From: Cognatishimia sp.
GTDB lineage: Bacteria; Pseudomonadota; Alphaproteobacteria; Rhodobacterales; Rhodobacteraceae
Direction: 5' to 3'
NCBI RefSeq assembly: GCF_964229375.1
Contig: NZ_CAXREH010000155.1
Location: forward strand, 384 to 64,383
DNA: 64,000 bases
Position 1 is the stretch's first letter, and each line of letters begins with the position of its first letter. Position numbers and translations under genes: made by a program. The notes below the pieces were generated by a model, which was given only the letters and a program-made list of their open reading frames with translations, was not told the DNA's origin and did no database searches. This document shows positions 38,895 through 48,058 of this stretch, in pieces.

Positions 38895-39338
38895 CTACCA
38901 GCGGTTTAGTGCTTCTTCGTCATCCTCTTTGGCGGCGACCCATTCGGCCCCGTCAGAGGTGATCTCGCGCTTCCAGAATGGCGCGCGGGATTTCAGGTAA
39001 TCCATCAGATAATCCGCTGCTTCAAACGCCGCTTTGCGGTGCCGTGCTGCGGTCGCGACCATCATGATCTTTTCGCCGGGAACAAGGTCGCCGTGCCGAT
39101 GGATCACCAGCACATCCTGCAAATCCCAACGGCTCTGCGCCTCTGTTGCGATCTTGGCCAAGGCTTTTTCCGTCATGCCCGGATAGTGCTCGATCTGCAT
39201 AGACTTCAGTGTGCCCGCATCGTTGTTGCGCACAATGCCGGTAAAGCTGACCAACGCACCCACGTTCTCATGTCCTTGCGCAAAACCCTCGGTTTCCGCG
39301 GCCACATCAAACGGGTCAGATTGCACGAGAATACGCAT
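38895..39338 (-). CDS. moaE: Molybdopterin synthase catalytic subunit
   Basis: GALVSFTGIVR, EHYPGMTEK, HRHG, HRKAAF, DYLKSRAPFWK. Confidence 0.96.
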   Translation of the reverse strand: MRILVQSDPFDVAAETEGFAQGHENVGALVSFTGIVRNNDAGTLKSMQIEHYPGMTEKALAKIATEAQSRWDLQDVLVIHRHGDLVPGEKIMMVATAARHRKAAFEAADYLMDYLKSRAPFWKREITSDGAEWVAAKEDDEEALNRW

Positions 39339-39341
39339 GGC

Positions 39342-39587
39342 TTAACCACCCGTCATGGGTGGAAAAAACGCCACTTCGCGCACGCCCTCCAGCGAGGCAT
39401 CAAAGTCGGACAAATCCTGATCCAACGCCACGCGCAACGCGCTGAGATCTGAAAAGGCAACCGCATAACGCTCTTCGCGCGCGCGCAACTCTTCCACCAA
39501 CTCCATCACTGTTGAGGCAGAGCTTTCCAGCGTCTCTTTCGGGAGTCCGATGCGTTCGCGCACCCATGCAAAATACAGAACCTGCAT
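39342..39587 (-). CDS. moaD: Molybdopterin synthase sulfur carrier subunit
   Basis: MQVLYFAWVRERIG…EVAFFPPMTGG with C-terminal di-Gly. Confidence 0.96.
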   Translation of the reverse strand: MQVLYFAWVRERIGLPKETLESSASTVMELVEELRAREERYAVAFSDLSALRVALDQDLSDFDASLEGVREVAFFPPMTGG

Positions 39588-39589
39588 CT

Positions 39590-40249
39590 TCAATCCTTCA
39601 AATGTGGCGCAGCTTTGCGGAAATAGTCGATCCCGGTGATCACAGTCAAAGCCGCCGCCAGCCACATCAACCCAATCGCGCCATAGGTGGACCAGATCAT
39701 TCCGTTATAGAGATGGCGCACCCCCAGCGGATCCTCTTCGGTTCCAGCCAGGATGTCCTGCACGATCTGATAATCCATGCCCCATGTCCACATGCCGAAG
39801 TAGTGCTCAAACAGCCCCTGAACAATCAGCACAGAAATCGCGACCATCTGAGTTGCGGTTTTCCATTTTGCCAGTTTGGTAACTTTCAAAGTGCCCGCGA
39901 CATCGCCCAAAAACTCGCGCAGTCCCGACACAAAGACCTCGCGGAACAGGATCAACGTTGCTGGGAACAAAATCCAATGCGACAACGACGAGAACACCAC
40001 CATCACCGCCAATGCGATCACCACCATGGCTTTGTCTGCGATGGGGTCCATCATGGCGCCAAGCTTGGACACCTGCTGCCATCTGCGTGCGAGAAACCCG
40101 TCCAGATAGTCCGTCAAAGACGCCAGAATGAACACCGCCAACGCCGCCCAATCTGCAAAAGGGCGTGGCATCAGCAGGAAGAAAACAGCGATGGCCGGCG
40201 CCGCCAAAAGGCGCAGCACGGTCAGGATATTTGGGATATTCCTCGTCAT
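39590..40249 (-). CDS. pgsA: CDP-diacylglycerol-glycerol-3-phosphate 3-phosphatidyltransferase
   Basis: NIPNILT, TDYLDGFLAR…GAMMDPIADK, REVFVSGLRE, KWKT. Confidence 0.96.
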   Translation of the reverse strand: MTRNIPNILTVLRLLAAPAIAVFFLLMPRPFADWAALAVFILASLTDYLDGFLARRWQQVSKLGAMMDPIADKAMVVIALAVMVVFSSLSHWILFPATLILFREVFVSGLREFLGDVAGTLKVTKLAKWKTATQMVAISVLIVQGLFEHYFGMWTWGMDYQIVQDILAGTEEDPLGVRHLYNGMIWSTYGAIGLMWLAAALTVITGIDYFRKAAPHLKD

Positions 40250-40323
40250 GCCCCATCCCTAGCCTGTCGCGCCGCGCAGGAAAAGCGCGGTTTTTCACAA
40301 ATGCGTTCAAAAAGCCGAAAGGC

Positions 40324-40564
40324 CGAGCACTGGGATATGCTCGACCTTCCTGATGACGCTTAAAGACTGAAGTTGGCACGGTACCGCGTGTGGCGAGGGC
40401 AACGGCTCGGCTAACATATGGGACGCGTGCAGCAGAGGGTTGCCCGGGGCAGTATGTGTTCTTTGCGTCTTAGTCTTTCTACGAAATTCGCACGCGAGAC
40501 CGTCAGGAACGAGGGATAACAGACATCCCCATTCGGCTAACGCCCCATCCGATCGGATAGGGTG
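40324..40564. other. Structured non-coding insert between uvrC and pgsA (candidate ncRNA or non-autonomous element)
   Basis: Nested complementary segments 40347-55/40501-09, 40362-68/40472-78 and 40397-403/40439-45; flanking hairpins; no credible ORF. Confidence 0.45.
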
Positions 40565-40582
40565 CACCAAAACGGCGGCTGG

Positions 40583-42457
40583 TCAGTTGCCCTCGTGGAA
40601 AAAGCCATAGATGGTTTCTGCAAGCGCGTCCGAGACGCCTTCGACCGCTTTCAGATCGGCAAGGTTCGCGCGGCTTACGGCCTTTGCGCTGCCGAAATGT
40701 GCAAGCAAAGCCCGTTTGCGGGTCGCGCCGACGCCTGGCACATCGTCCAGGGGCGTGGCTCCCACTGACTTGGCACGTTTGGCGCGGTGTGTTCCAATGG
40801 CGAAACGGTGCGCTTCGTCCCGCATCCGCTGGATAAAATAGAGCACAGGATCATTTCTGCGCAACGCAAAGGCGCGCACGCCGATGCGGTGGAATTCCTC
40901 TTTGCCCTGATCGCGATCCACGCCTTTGGCGACGCCAACCATCGGAATGTCTTCGACCCCGAATTCGCGCATGATCTCAGCCACCGCACTTACTTGCCCC
41001 GCGCCGCCGTCAATCAACAGCAAATCGGGCCACTGGCCATTCTGACGATCCGGGTCTTCTTTCAACAGGCGCTTGAACCGGCGTGTCAGCACTTCTTTCA
41101 TCATGCCAAAGTCATCGCCCGGCGTCAGGTCATCGCCTTTGATATTGAACTTACGATAGTTGTTTTTGGCAAAACCGTCGGGTCCGGCGACAATCATCGC
41201 GCCGACCGCATTGGTGCCTTGAATATGCGAGTTGTCATAGACCTCGATCCGCTCTGGCGGCCCCTTGAGGTCAAAGGCTTCGGCGACGCCAGCCAGCAGT
41301 TTGGCCTGTGTTGCGCTTTCGCTCATCTTGCGGCCCAGCGACTCACGCGCGTTGCGCGTGGCACCGGCGATCAGCTCGGCCTTTTCTCCGCGCTGAGGCA
41401 CAGTGATCTCGACCTTGCGGCCAGCCTTCTCGGACAAGGCCTGTGACATCAGATCCGTGTCTTCGATCCCGTGCGAGAGGATCAGCTGACGCGGCGGCTC
41501 TTTGGTGTCATAGAACTGGCCGATAAAGGCCTGCAACACTTCGGACGGCGCGATATCTGTGCCCGCGCGGGGATAGAAATCTCGGTTGCCCCAGTTTTGA
41601 TTGGCGCGAATGAAAAAGACCTGCACACAGGCCTGCCCGTTTTCCATATAGAGCGCGATCACATCGGCCTCGGCCACACCGCGCGGGTTGATACCCTGCG
41701 CGCTTTGCACCTGTGTCAGTGCTCTGATCCGGTCGCGAAGAACGGCGGCGCGTTCAAAGTTCATCTCGGTGCTGGCAACCTGCATTTCGGCGGCCAGCTT
41801 TTCTTGAATGTCGGTCGAGCGCCCCGACAGATACCGCTCGGCATCGGCGACCGAGGCCGCATAGTCCTGCGGGCTGATCTTGCCAACGCAGGGCGCGGTG
41901 CAGCGTTTGATCTGATATTGCAGACAAGGGCGCGTGCGGGTTTCAAAACTGGCGTCGGAACAATCCCGCAGCATAAAGGCCTTTTGCAGCTGGTTGAGTG
42001 TCCGGTTCACAGCCCCCGCGCTGGCAAAAGGGCCATAGTAGGCCCCCTTTTCTTTCTTGGCCCCTCGGTGCTTTTGCAAACGCGGGAATTCGTGCGACTT
42101 GCTGACCAGGATATTTGGAAAGCTTTTGTCGTCCCGCAACAGCACGTTGTACTTGGGTTTGAGTTGTTTGATGAGGTTCTGCTCAAGCAGCAACGCCTCG
42201 GTTTCTGTCTTGGTTGTCAGAAACATCATCGAGGCAGTTTCGCTGATCATACGCGAGATTCGACCGGTGTGCCCGGATGGGCGCGCATAGTTTGACACCC
42301 GCGCGCGCAGGTTGCGCGCCTTGCCCACATACAGAACCCGCGCCTGTGAATCCAACATGCGATACACGCCCGGCGAACCATCCAGCGTCTTTAGATACTC
42401 GTGTATCCGCGCGTGGCCTGTCAGGGTTTCAGAGGGGATCTGCGTGCTGTCGGTCAT
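40583..42457 (-). CDS. uvrC: Excinuclease ABC subunit C
   Basis: [56 protein letters not shown], HhH tail; start set at ATG 42457. Confidence 0.97.
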   Translation of the reverse strand: MTDSTQIPSETLTGHARIHEYLKTLDGSPGVYRMLDSQARVLYVGKARNLRARVSNYARPSGHTGRISRMISETASMMFLTTKTETEALLLEQNLIKQLKPKYNVLLRDDKSFPNILVSKSHEFPRLQKHRGAKKEKGAYYGPFASAGAVNRTLNQLQKAFMLRDCSDASFETRTRPCLQYQIKRCTAPCVGKISPQDYAASVADAERYLSGRSTDIQEKLAAEMQVASTEMNFERAAVLRDRIRALTQVQSAQGINPRGVAEADVIALYMENGQACVQVFFIRANQNWGNRDFYPRAGTDIAPSEVLQAFIGQFYDTKEPPRQLILSHGIEDTDLMSQALSEKAGRKVEITVPQRGEKAELIAGATRNARESLGRKMSESATQAKLLAGVAEAFDLKGPPERIEVYDNSHIQGTNAVGAMIVAGPDGFAKNNYRKFNIKGDDLTPGDDFGMMKEVLTRRFKRLLKEDPDRQNGQWPDLLLIDGGAGQVSAVAEIMREFGVEDIPMVGVAKGVDRDQGKEEFHRIGVRAFALRRNDPVLYFIQRMRDEAHRFAIGTHRAKRAKSVGATPLDDVPGVGATRKRALLAHFGSAKAVSRANLADLKAVEGVSDALAETIYGFFHEGN

Positions 42458-42510
42458 GAATTCAAGAAATATGATTCTTTGGCGACCGCTGCAATGACGG
42501 TCCCGCTTTG

Positions 42511-42730
42511 ACAAGGGAAAACATGTCCACGTTTTCTGTGGATAAGTCTGGATATAACTTTCACCGGCACGGGAAACTCCCTTGTTTTTATGCCCATTCC
42601 ACAAGTTGCCTAAAAAATAGGCACTAAATTAAGCTGCTGATATTAAACAACAAAAAATTTATCATCACGCAAAACGCTGAAAACATTACGCTTTTTGTAA
42701 CAGGCCTGTGAACACGCGTGACAAAGTGCA
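42511..42730. promoter_or_regulatory. DnaA-box/IHF cluster in AT-rich intergenic DNA (candidate oriC or DnaA-regulated locus)
   Basis: Perfect box TGTGGATAA at 42537-45; 2-mismatch boxes at 42547-55, 42595-603 and 42707-15; IHF consensus at 42630-42 (minus strand); TGCCTA-N5-TAGGCA at 42607-23. Confidence 0.5.
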
Positions 42731-42831
42731 CAACTTTCGCGACCACCCGAACATCTTGCGCGATTACAAGGGTTTATGGAGGGGCACTCGATCTGGCAAT
42801 TGCCATATCAAAATGCGTGTTTCCGCACGTC

Positions 42832-43803
42832 TTACGCGGCCAGAACGACCAAAAGGTATATGACATAGGCTGCGGTCAACATCACGCCCCATCGCCGTGT
42901 CATATCCTTTTTGAAGACAACAAATGGCAGCAGAAGCAAACTCGCGCCAAGCATCACCCACAGGTCAAAATGCAGCAGCCCGCGGTCCACAGGAATGGGG
43001 CCTACGAAACTTGCGATGCCGATAATCGCCAGCAGGTTAAACATGTTAGAGCCGATGACATTGCCCAACGCCACATCTGCCTGCTTGCGCAGCGCAGCCA
43101 TGACGGTGGTCGCAAGCTCTGGCAAACTGGTGCCGATCGCGATCAGAGTCAGGCCAATGACGGTCTCGGGTACGTGGAACTGGCGGGCAATATCAATCCC
43201 GCTGTCCACCAACAGCTCGGCACCCAGCGGCAGGCCGATAAGACCAAGCAGCAAGTACACGCTGATCTTCCACCACGGAGCGTCTGGATCTGCGCCTTCC
43301 AGCTCTTCTTCGTCCTCAGCCGAGCTGACTGCACAGCTTCCGTCCTCGGACCGGCGATGTTTGAGCGCCGTGCGCGCCGCATCCCACAGCACAATGGCAA
43401 GCACTGCCAGCAGGACAATGCCACTGACCCAGGTAAACACACCCACATAGGCCAATGCCATGAACAGCACAGTGGCCACCATCATGATGGCATAGCTTTT
43501 GCGCGTATCACACTGGCTGGTCTGAAGCCGGCTCAGCATGGCCGGAATACCCAGCACCAGCAGAATATTTGCCGTGTTGGACCCGATGACGTTGCCCAAG
43601 GCCAAGCCTGGCGCGTGATCGTCCACCGCGCTGATGGCGATCAACAGTTCGGGGGCCGAGGTGCCAAAGGCCACGATGGTCAGGCTGACAATCAAAGCGG
43701 GGATCCCCAACCGCAGGCTGATATTGACGGCTCCACGCACCAGCGCGTCGCCTGCCATCAACAAAATCACCAGACCCAAGGCGGCCGTCAGCCAAACGAG
43801 CAT
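42832..43803 (-). CDS. Calcium/sodium antiporter (YrbG family)
   Basis: Two alpha repeats, GTSAPEL…GNVIGSN and GTSLPEL…GNVIGSN. Confidence 0.95.
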   Translation of the reverse strand: MLVWLTAALGLVILLMAGDALVRGAVNISLRLGIPALIVSLTIVAFGTSAPELLIAISAVDDHAPGLALGNVIGSNTANILLVLGIPAMLSRLQTSQCDTRKSYAIMMVATVLFMALAYVGVFTWVSGIVLLAVLAIVLWDAARTALKHRRSEDGSCAVSSAEDEEELEGADPDAPWWKISVYLLLGLIGLPLGAELLVDSGIDIARQFHVPETVIGLTLIAIGTSLPELATTVMAALRKQADVALGNVIGSNMFNLLAIIGIASFVGPIPVDRGLLHFDLWVMLGASLLLLPFVVFKKDMTRRWGVMLTAAYVIYLLVVLAA

Positions 43804-43809
43804 GCGTTT

Positions 43810-43977
43810 CTAGCCCTTCTTATTTTGGCAGGTGCAGGGGCCCTTACCAATTCTAAAGCGCCCGCACTTGGCGCATCTCGCACTTTGCAACCGTTTCTGT
43901 CCCGGTATCGTAAACTTGCCAAACATCGCGAGCACCGCGATGAACACAAGGAATATCGAGACAGCCTTGAAAATCAC
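43810..43977 (-). CDS. 55-aa membrane-anchored Cys-rich small protein
   Basis: Not in the ORF track. GTG start, MIFKAVSIFLVFIAVLAMFGKFTIPGQKRLQSARCAKCGRFRIGKGPCTCQNKKG; fills the operon gap exactly. Confidence 0.7.
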   Translation of the reverse strand: MIFKAVSIFLVFIAVLAMFGKFTIPGQKRLQSARCAKCGRFRIGKGPCTCQNKKG

Positions 43978-43978
43978 T

Positions 43979-44785
43979 CTAGAGGCCAAACCGTGCGAAA
44001 GACGCGCGTTCCTCTAGCCCAGCTAGGGCATCCTGAGACAGGCTTGCGCCAAAGCGACGCCACATCGAGCGACGCTGTTCATAGCGACGGAAGCGGACCT
44101 TCTCGCCAAAGCGCTTTTTCATCTCGGGCACCAGATGGCCGACCGTATCGGCAAGGCCGACCTCGATCGCCTTTTGGCCCACCCAGATTTCACCTGTGAA
44201 CAGGTCTTGGTCCTCGGCAAGCTTTGCGCCACGCCGCGTTTTGACGTGGTCGATAAAGACCTCGTGGATCTGCTCCAGCATGCTGGACAGTCGCGCCACG
44301 TCTTCTTCTTTTTCCGGACGGAAGGGATCCATCATGGACTTTGACTTGCCCGCCGTATGCACACGCCGCTCAATGCCGTGCCGCGCAATGAAATCCTGCG
44401 CGCCAAACCCGGCAGAGATCACGCCGATAGAACCGACGATGGAGGACCGATCCACAAAAATCTCATCCGCAGAGGCAGCCAGCCAATAGCCACCAGAGGC
44501 CGCGACATCCTCGACAAAGGCAAAGACCGGAATGTTTTTGTCATCCGCCAGACGGCGAATGCGTGCCCCGATCAGGGCGCTTTGAACGGGCGATCCGCCG
44601 GGTGAATTCAGGATCAAGGCAACCGCCGAAGGTTTCCCACGGCTGAAGGCTTTTTCAATCAGAGGTGCCAAGCTTTCGTCGCTTAGGCCGCCCCGCGACC
44701 CAGCAGCAATAACACCAGACAGCCGCACAACGGCGACCGTCTTTTCGCGTTTCGAGAAGGGGTTCAATCTGACCATGACTGCCAT
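43979..44785 (-). CDS. S49 family peptidase (SohB/SppA-like)
   Basis: NSPGGS, DVAASGGYWLA, SIVGSIGV, FTGEIWVG; start at 44785 or 44776. Confidence 0.93.
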   Translation of the reverse strand: MAVMVRLNPFSKREKTVAVVRLSGVIAAGSRGGLSDESLAPLIEKAFSRGKPSAVALILNSPGGSPVQSALIGARIRRLADDKNIPVFAFVEDVAASGGYWLAASADEIFVDRSSIVGSIGVISAGFGAQDFIARHGIERRVHTAGKSKSMMDPFRPEKEEDVARLSSMLEQIHEVFIDHVKTRRGAKLAEDQDLFTGEIWVGQKAIEVGLADTVGHLVPEMKKRFGEKVRFRRYEQRRSMWRRFGASLSQDALAGLEERASFARFGL

Positions 44786-44861
44786 GTAGAGTTTTGCCCC
44801 CGTGATAACAAGGGATCCGCCTTGCAAATAAGCGCTTTCCACATCGGAAAGCGCCCATTGT

Positions 44862-45623
44862 TTAGTTGCGGATTTTCCAGCCGGTTTTAAAGATCCACCA
44901 AATGGCGATCAGACACAGCGTTGTGAAACCGGCAATCGCAAGCAGACTGACCAGGATCGGCACATCCGCCAGACCAAAGAACGCCCACCTAAACCCGGAA
45001 ATCAGATAGACCACTGGATTGAACAAGGTCACCACCTGCCAGAAGTCAGGCAGCATTGAGATCGAGTAAAAGGACCCACCCAGAAACACCAGTGGCGTGA
45101 CGATCAACAAGGGCACAAGCTGAAGCTGTTCAAAGTTGCTGGCCCAGATCCCGATGATAAATCCAAAGAGCGCAAAGCTTAGGCAGGTCAGCACCATAAA
45201 GGCGATCATCGCAGGCCAATTCTGGATCTGTAGGTCCACAAAGAGCGACGCGGTCGCAAGGATCACCACCCCGATAAACATCGACTTGGTCGCCGCCGCC
45301 CCCACATAGCCCACAACGATCTCTAAAAAGCTGATCGGGGCCGACAAAAGCTCATAGACCGTGCCGATAAACTTGGGGAAATAAATCCCGAAGGACGCGT
45401 TAGAGATGCTTTGCGTGATGATCGAAAGCATGATCAATCCAGGTACGATGAAGGCGCCATAGGACACGCCTTCGACCTCTTGGATACGGCTGCCAATCGC
45501 GGCGCCAAAGACCACGAAATACAGGGAGGTCGAGATGACCGGAGAGATGAAGCTCTGGGCCAGAGTGCGGAAAAAGCGGGCCATCTCAAAAACATAGATG
45601 GCGCGGATAGCTGTCCAGTTCAT
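44862..45623 (-). CDS. ABC-2 type permease (YadH-like)
   Basis: [38 protein letters not shown]. Confidence 0.93.
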   Translation of the reverse strand: MNWTAIRAIYVFEMARFFRTLAQSFISPVISTSLYFVVFGAAIGSRIQEVEGVSYGAFIVPGLIMLSIITQSISNASFGIYFPKFIGTVYELLSAPISFLEIVVGYVGAAATKSMFIGVVILATASLFVDLQIQNWPAMIAFMVLTCLSFALFGFIIGIWASNFEQLQLVPLLIVTPLVFLGGSFYSISMLPDFWQVVTLFNPVVYLISGFRWAFFGLADVPILVSLLAIAGFTTLCLIAIWWIFKTGWKIRN

Positions 45624-46552
45624 GCGGCGTCTTCCTTATGAACGAGGCCTACGAAGATGTCTTCGAGGCTGCTTTGTTCTGTCTGCAGATCGCGCAGGGT
45701 CAACCCCGCGGCGGCAATATCGCTCAGCAGCGACGTGATGCCGGTGCGATCTGCCTTGGTATCATACGAGTAGACCAGCGTCTGGCCGTCGTCACTCAGC
45801 GCAAGGTCATAGGCCGCAAGGCTGGCTGGCACGTCGGCCACGGGTTCCTGAAGCTCGACCTTCAGCTGTTTCTGCCCAAGCCGCTTCATCAGCGCGGTCT
45901 TTTCCTCGATCAGCAAAAGCTCACCTTGGTTAATGACGCCAACACGGTCGGCAATGGCCTCGGCCTCTTCGATATAATGAGTGGTCAGAATGATCGTGAC
46001 ACCGCTGGCTTTCAGATCAGCCACGATGTCCCACATGTCTTTGCGCAATTCGACGTCAACGCCCGCGGTCGGTTCGTCTAGAAACAGAACCCGCGGCTCG
46101 TGGCTGAGCGCTTTGGCAATCAACACGCGGCGTTTCATGCCGCCGGACAGAGTCATAATCCGGTTGTCTTTTTTGTCCCACAGCGACAGCTGACGCAGAA
46201 TTTTTTCGACATAGTCAGGATTGCGCCGCTTGCCGAACAAGCCGCGCGAGAAGGTGACTGTGTTTATCACGGTCTCGAACGGCTCAAGGTTTACCTCTTG
46301 CGGCACCAATCCGATCAAAGTGCGCGCGGCGCGGAAATCGGCGTTGATGTCGTGGCCATCCACGGTCACAGACCCCGACGTCGCCGTCGTGATACCGCAG
46401 ACAGTTGAAATCAACGTGGTCTTGCCAGCGCCATTGGGCCCCAGCAAAGCCAGGATTTCGCCAGATTGGATGTCCAGGGATACGCCCTTAAGGGCCTCGA
46501 ACCCTCCGTCATAGCGTTTCACAAGATCTTTTATTTCAAGAATTGACGTCAT
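45620..46552 (-). CDS. ABC transporter ATP-binding protein (YadG-like)
   Basis: [31 protein letters not shown]. Confidence 0.95.
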   Translation of the reverse strand: MTSILEIKDLVKRYDGGFEALKGVSLDIQSGEILALLGPNGAGKTTLISTVCGITTATSGSVTVDGHDINADFRAARTLIGLVPQEVNLEPFETVINTVTFSRGLFGKRRNPDYVEKILRQLSLWDKKDNRIMTLSGGMKRRVLIAKALSHEPRVLFLDEPTAGVDVELRKDMWDIVADLKASGVTIILTTHYIEEAEAIADRVGVINQGELLLIEEKTALMKRLGQKQLKVELQEPVADVPASLAAYDLALSDDGQTLVYSYDTKADRTGITSLLSDIAAAGLTLRDLQTEQSSLEDIFVGLVHKEDAA

Positions 46553-46710
46553 AGTTGCCCCTCTTTGTTGTCTGCGACATAGGCCTCATGTCGTGACAAA
46601 CCAAGCCCCGTATAGCGGATATACAGAACTGCATGGATGCGTCGGCAAAGGCAAGAGAGACCTGTCCAACAAAAAGCGCAAGCAATCGTGCATTCAGGCC
46701 GATTTCCCTC

Positions 46711-46739
46711 TTGACCCTACCTGTGGTCTCGCTTAATTC
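46711..46739 (+). promoter_or_regulatory. Putative sigma70 promoter of the tRNA
   Basis: TTGACC-N17-TAATTC ending 12 nt before the tRNA. Confidence 0.5.
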
Positions 46740-46751
46740 CCCGCTACCCGT

Positions 46752-46828
<77 letters not shown>

Positions 46829-46832
46829 CTTT

Positions 46833-46854
46833 TCCCTTACAGATCCCTTACAGA
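46833..46854. repeat. 11-bp tandem duplication directly downstream of the tRNA
   Basis: TCCCTTACAGA x2. Confidence 0.9.
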
Positions 46855-46883
46855 AAAAAAGACACCGCAGGATCTGCGATGCC
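46854..46883 (-). terminator. Rho-independent terminator after hemE
   Basis: Minus strand GGCATCGCAG-ATC-CTGCGGTGTC (10-bp stem with G-U pairs) followed by T7. Confidence 0.75.
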
Positions 46884-46921
46884 TTGTTTGGATCAGCCAT
46901 GGAACAGACGTGGCGCGCAGG

Positions 46922-47956
46922 TCAGCCCGCGCGCACAGTGTCGATCATCAGTTGGACGTTCTCTGGATCCGCATCAGGTGTGATGCCGTGTCCAAGATTG
47001 AAAATATGTGGCCCGCCCGCAAGTGCCTGACAGATTCGCCGTGTCTCGGACACAAGCGCGTCGCCACCGGTCACCATATGCGATGACGCCAAATTGCCCT
47101 GCACGCAGCCATCTGGCTGAACATTCTGTGCAACCCATTCTGCTGTGACCGCATCGTCAAAGGCCACGCAATCCGCGCCGGTCGCCTTGGCGAAGCCGAC
47201 ATAGCGTTCGCCCGCGCCGCGTGGAAAGGCAATGATCGGCACGCCAGGATGCATGGCCTTCAGGGCTGTTATGATCTTTTTGGCTGGCTCCAGCGCGTAT
47301 TTGTCAAAATCCGCGCCTTTCAGCGACCCGGCCCAGCTGTCAAACAGCTTGATAACCTCGGCCCCAGCCCTGATCTGCTCGGACAGATACAAAATTGTGC
47401 CCTCAACCAGACGGTCAATCACCTGATCAAACACCGCTGGGTTGCTGTCTTTCAGTGCGTGCGCAGGCCCCTGATCGGGCGTTCCACGCCCTGCGATCAT
47501 ATAGGTCGCCACGGTCCACGGTGCGCCCGCAAAGCCTATCAGCGTGGTGTCGTCAGGCAGTTGGCGCCGCAAGATACGCACGGTCTCATAGATTGGATTG
47601 AGCGTCTCGTGGATCGAGTCAGCCGGTGTCAGCTTGTCGAAATCAGCCTGACTCTGAATCGTAGACAAACGCGGCCCCTCTCCGGTGACGAACCAAAGAT
47701 CCGCGCCCAATGCCTGTGGCAGAAGCAAAATGTCGGCAAACAGGATCGAGGCATCAAACCCATACCGGCGGATCGGCTGCAATGTGACCTCGGCCGCCAG
47801 TTCGGAATTATAGCAAAGCGACAGGAAATCCCCGGCCTGCGCGCGGGTGGCGCGGTATTCTGGCAGATACCGTCCTGCCTGCCGCATCATCCAAATCGGG
47901 GGGGTCGGCAGGGTTTCTCCTGCCAGTGCTCTCAGAATCGTCTTTTGCTGCGCCAT
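46922..47956 (-). CDS. hemE: Uroporphyrinogen decarboxylase
   Basis: [43 protein letters not shown]. Confidence 0.97.
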   Translation of the reverse strand: MAQQKTILRALAGETLPTPPIWMMRQAGRYLPEYRATRAQAGDFLSLCYNSELAAEVTLQPIRRYGFDASILFADILLLPQALGADLWFVTGEGPRLSTIQSQADFDKLTPADSIHETLNPIYETVRILRRQLPDDTTLIGFAGAPWTVATYMIAGRGTPDQGPAHALKDSNPAVFDQVIDRLVEGTILYLSEQIRAGAEVIKLFDSWAGSLKGADFDKYALEPAKKIITALKAMHPGVPIIAFPRGAGERYVGFAKATGADCVAFDDAVTAEWVAQNVQPDGCVQGNLASSHMVTGGDALVSETRRICQALAGGPHIFNLGHGITPDADPENVQLMIDTVRAG

Positions 47957-48058
47957 CAGGTCACCTTATGATTTGTAAGGTTAGGTCTAGCGCCAGCGAC
48001 AAGATGTCAAGGCCAGCGACGCTTGTCAGGACAAAGGGACGCGGTTAGAGGTGCGGCC

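Noticed and set aside
40347-40509. 6S RNA, RNase P RNA or cobalamin riboswitch as the identity of the structured insert
   Set aside because: It lacks the RNase P GAGGAAAGUCC core and the B12-box motifs, and it is not in the zapA-ygfA context typical of alphaproteobacterial 6S RNA.
40307-40570. 87-aa minus-strand ORF across the insert
   Set aside because: No RBS, no recognisable motif and atypical composition; more likely a chance ORF.
42629-42646. CtrA site in the putative origin
   Set aside because: The two TTAA half-sites are 10 nt apart, not 7.
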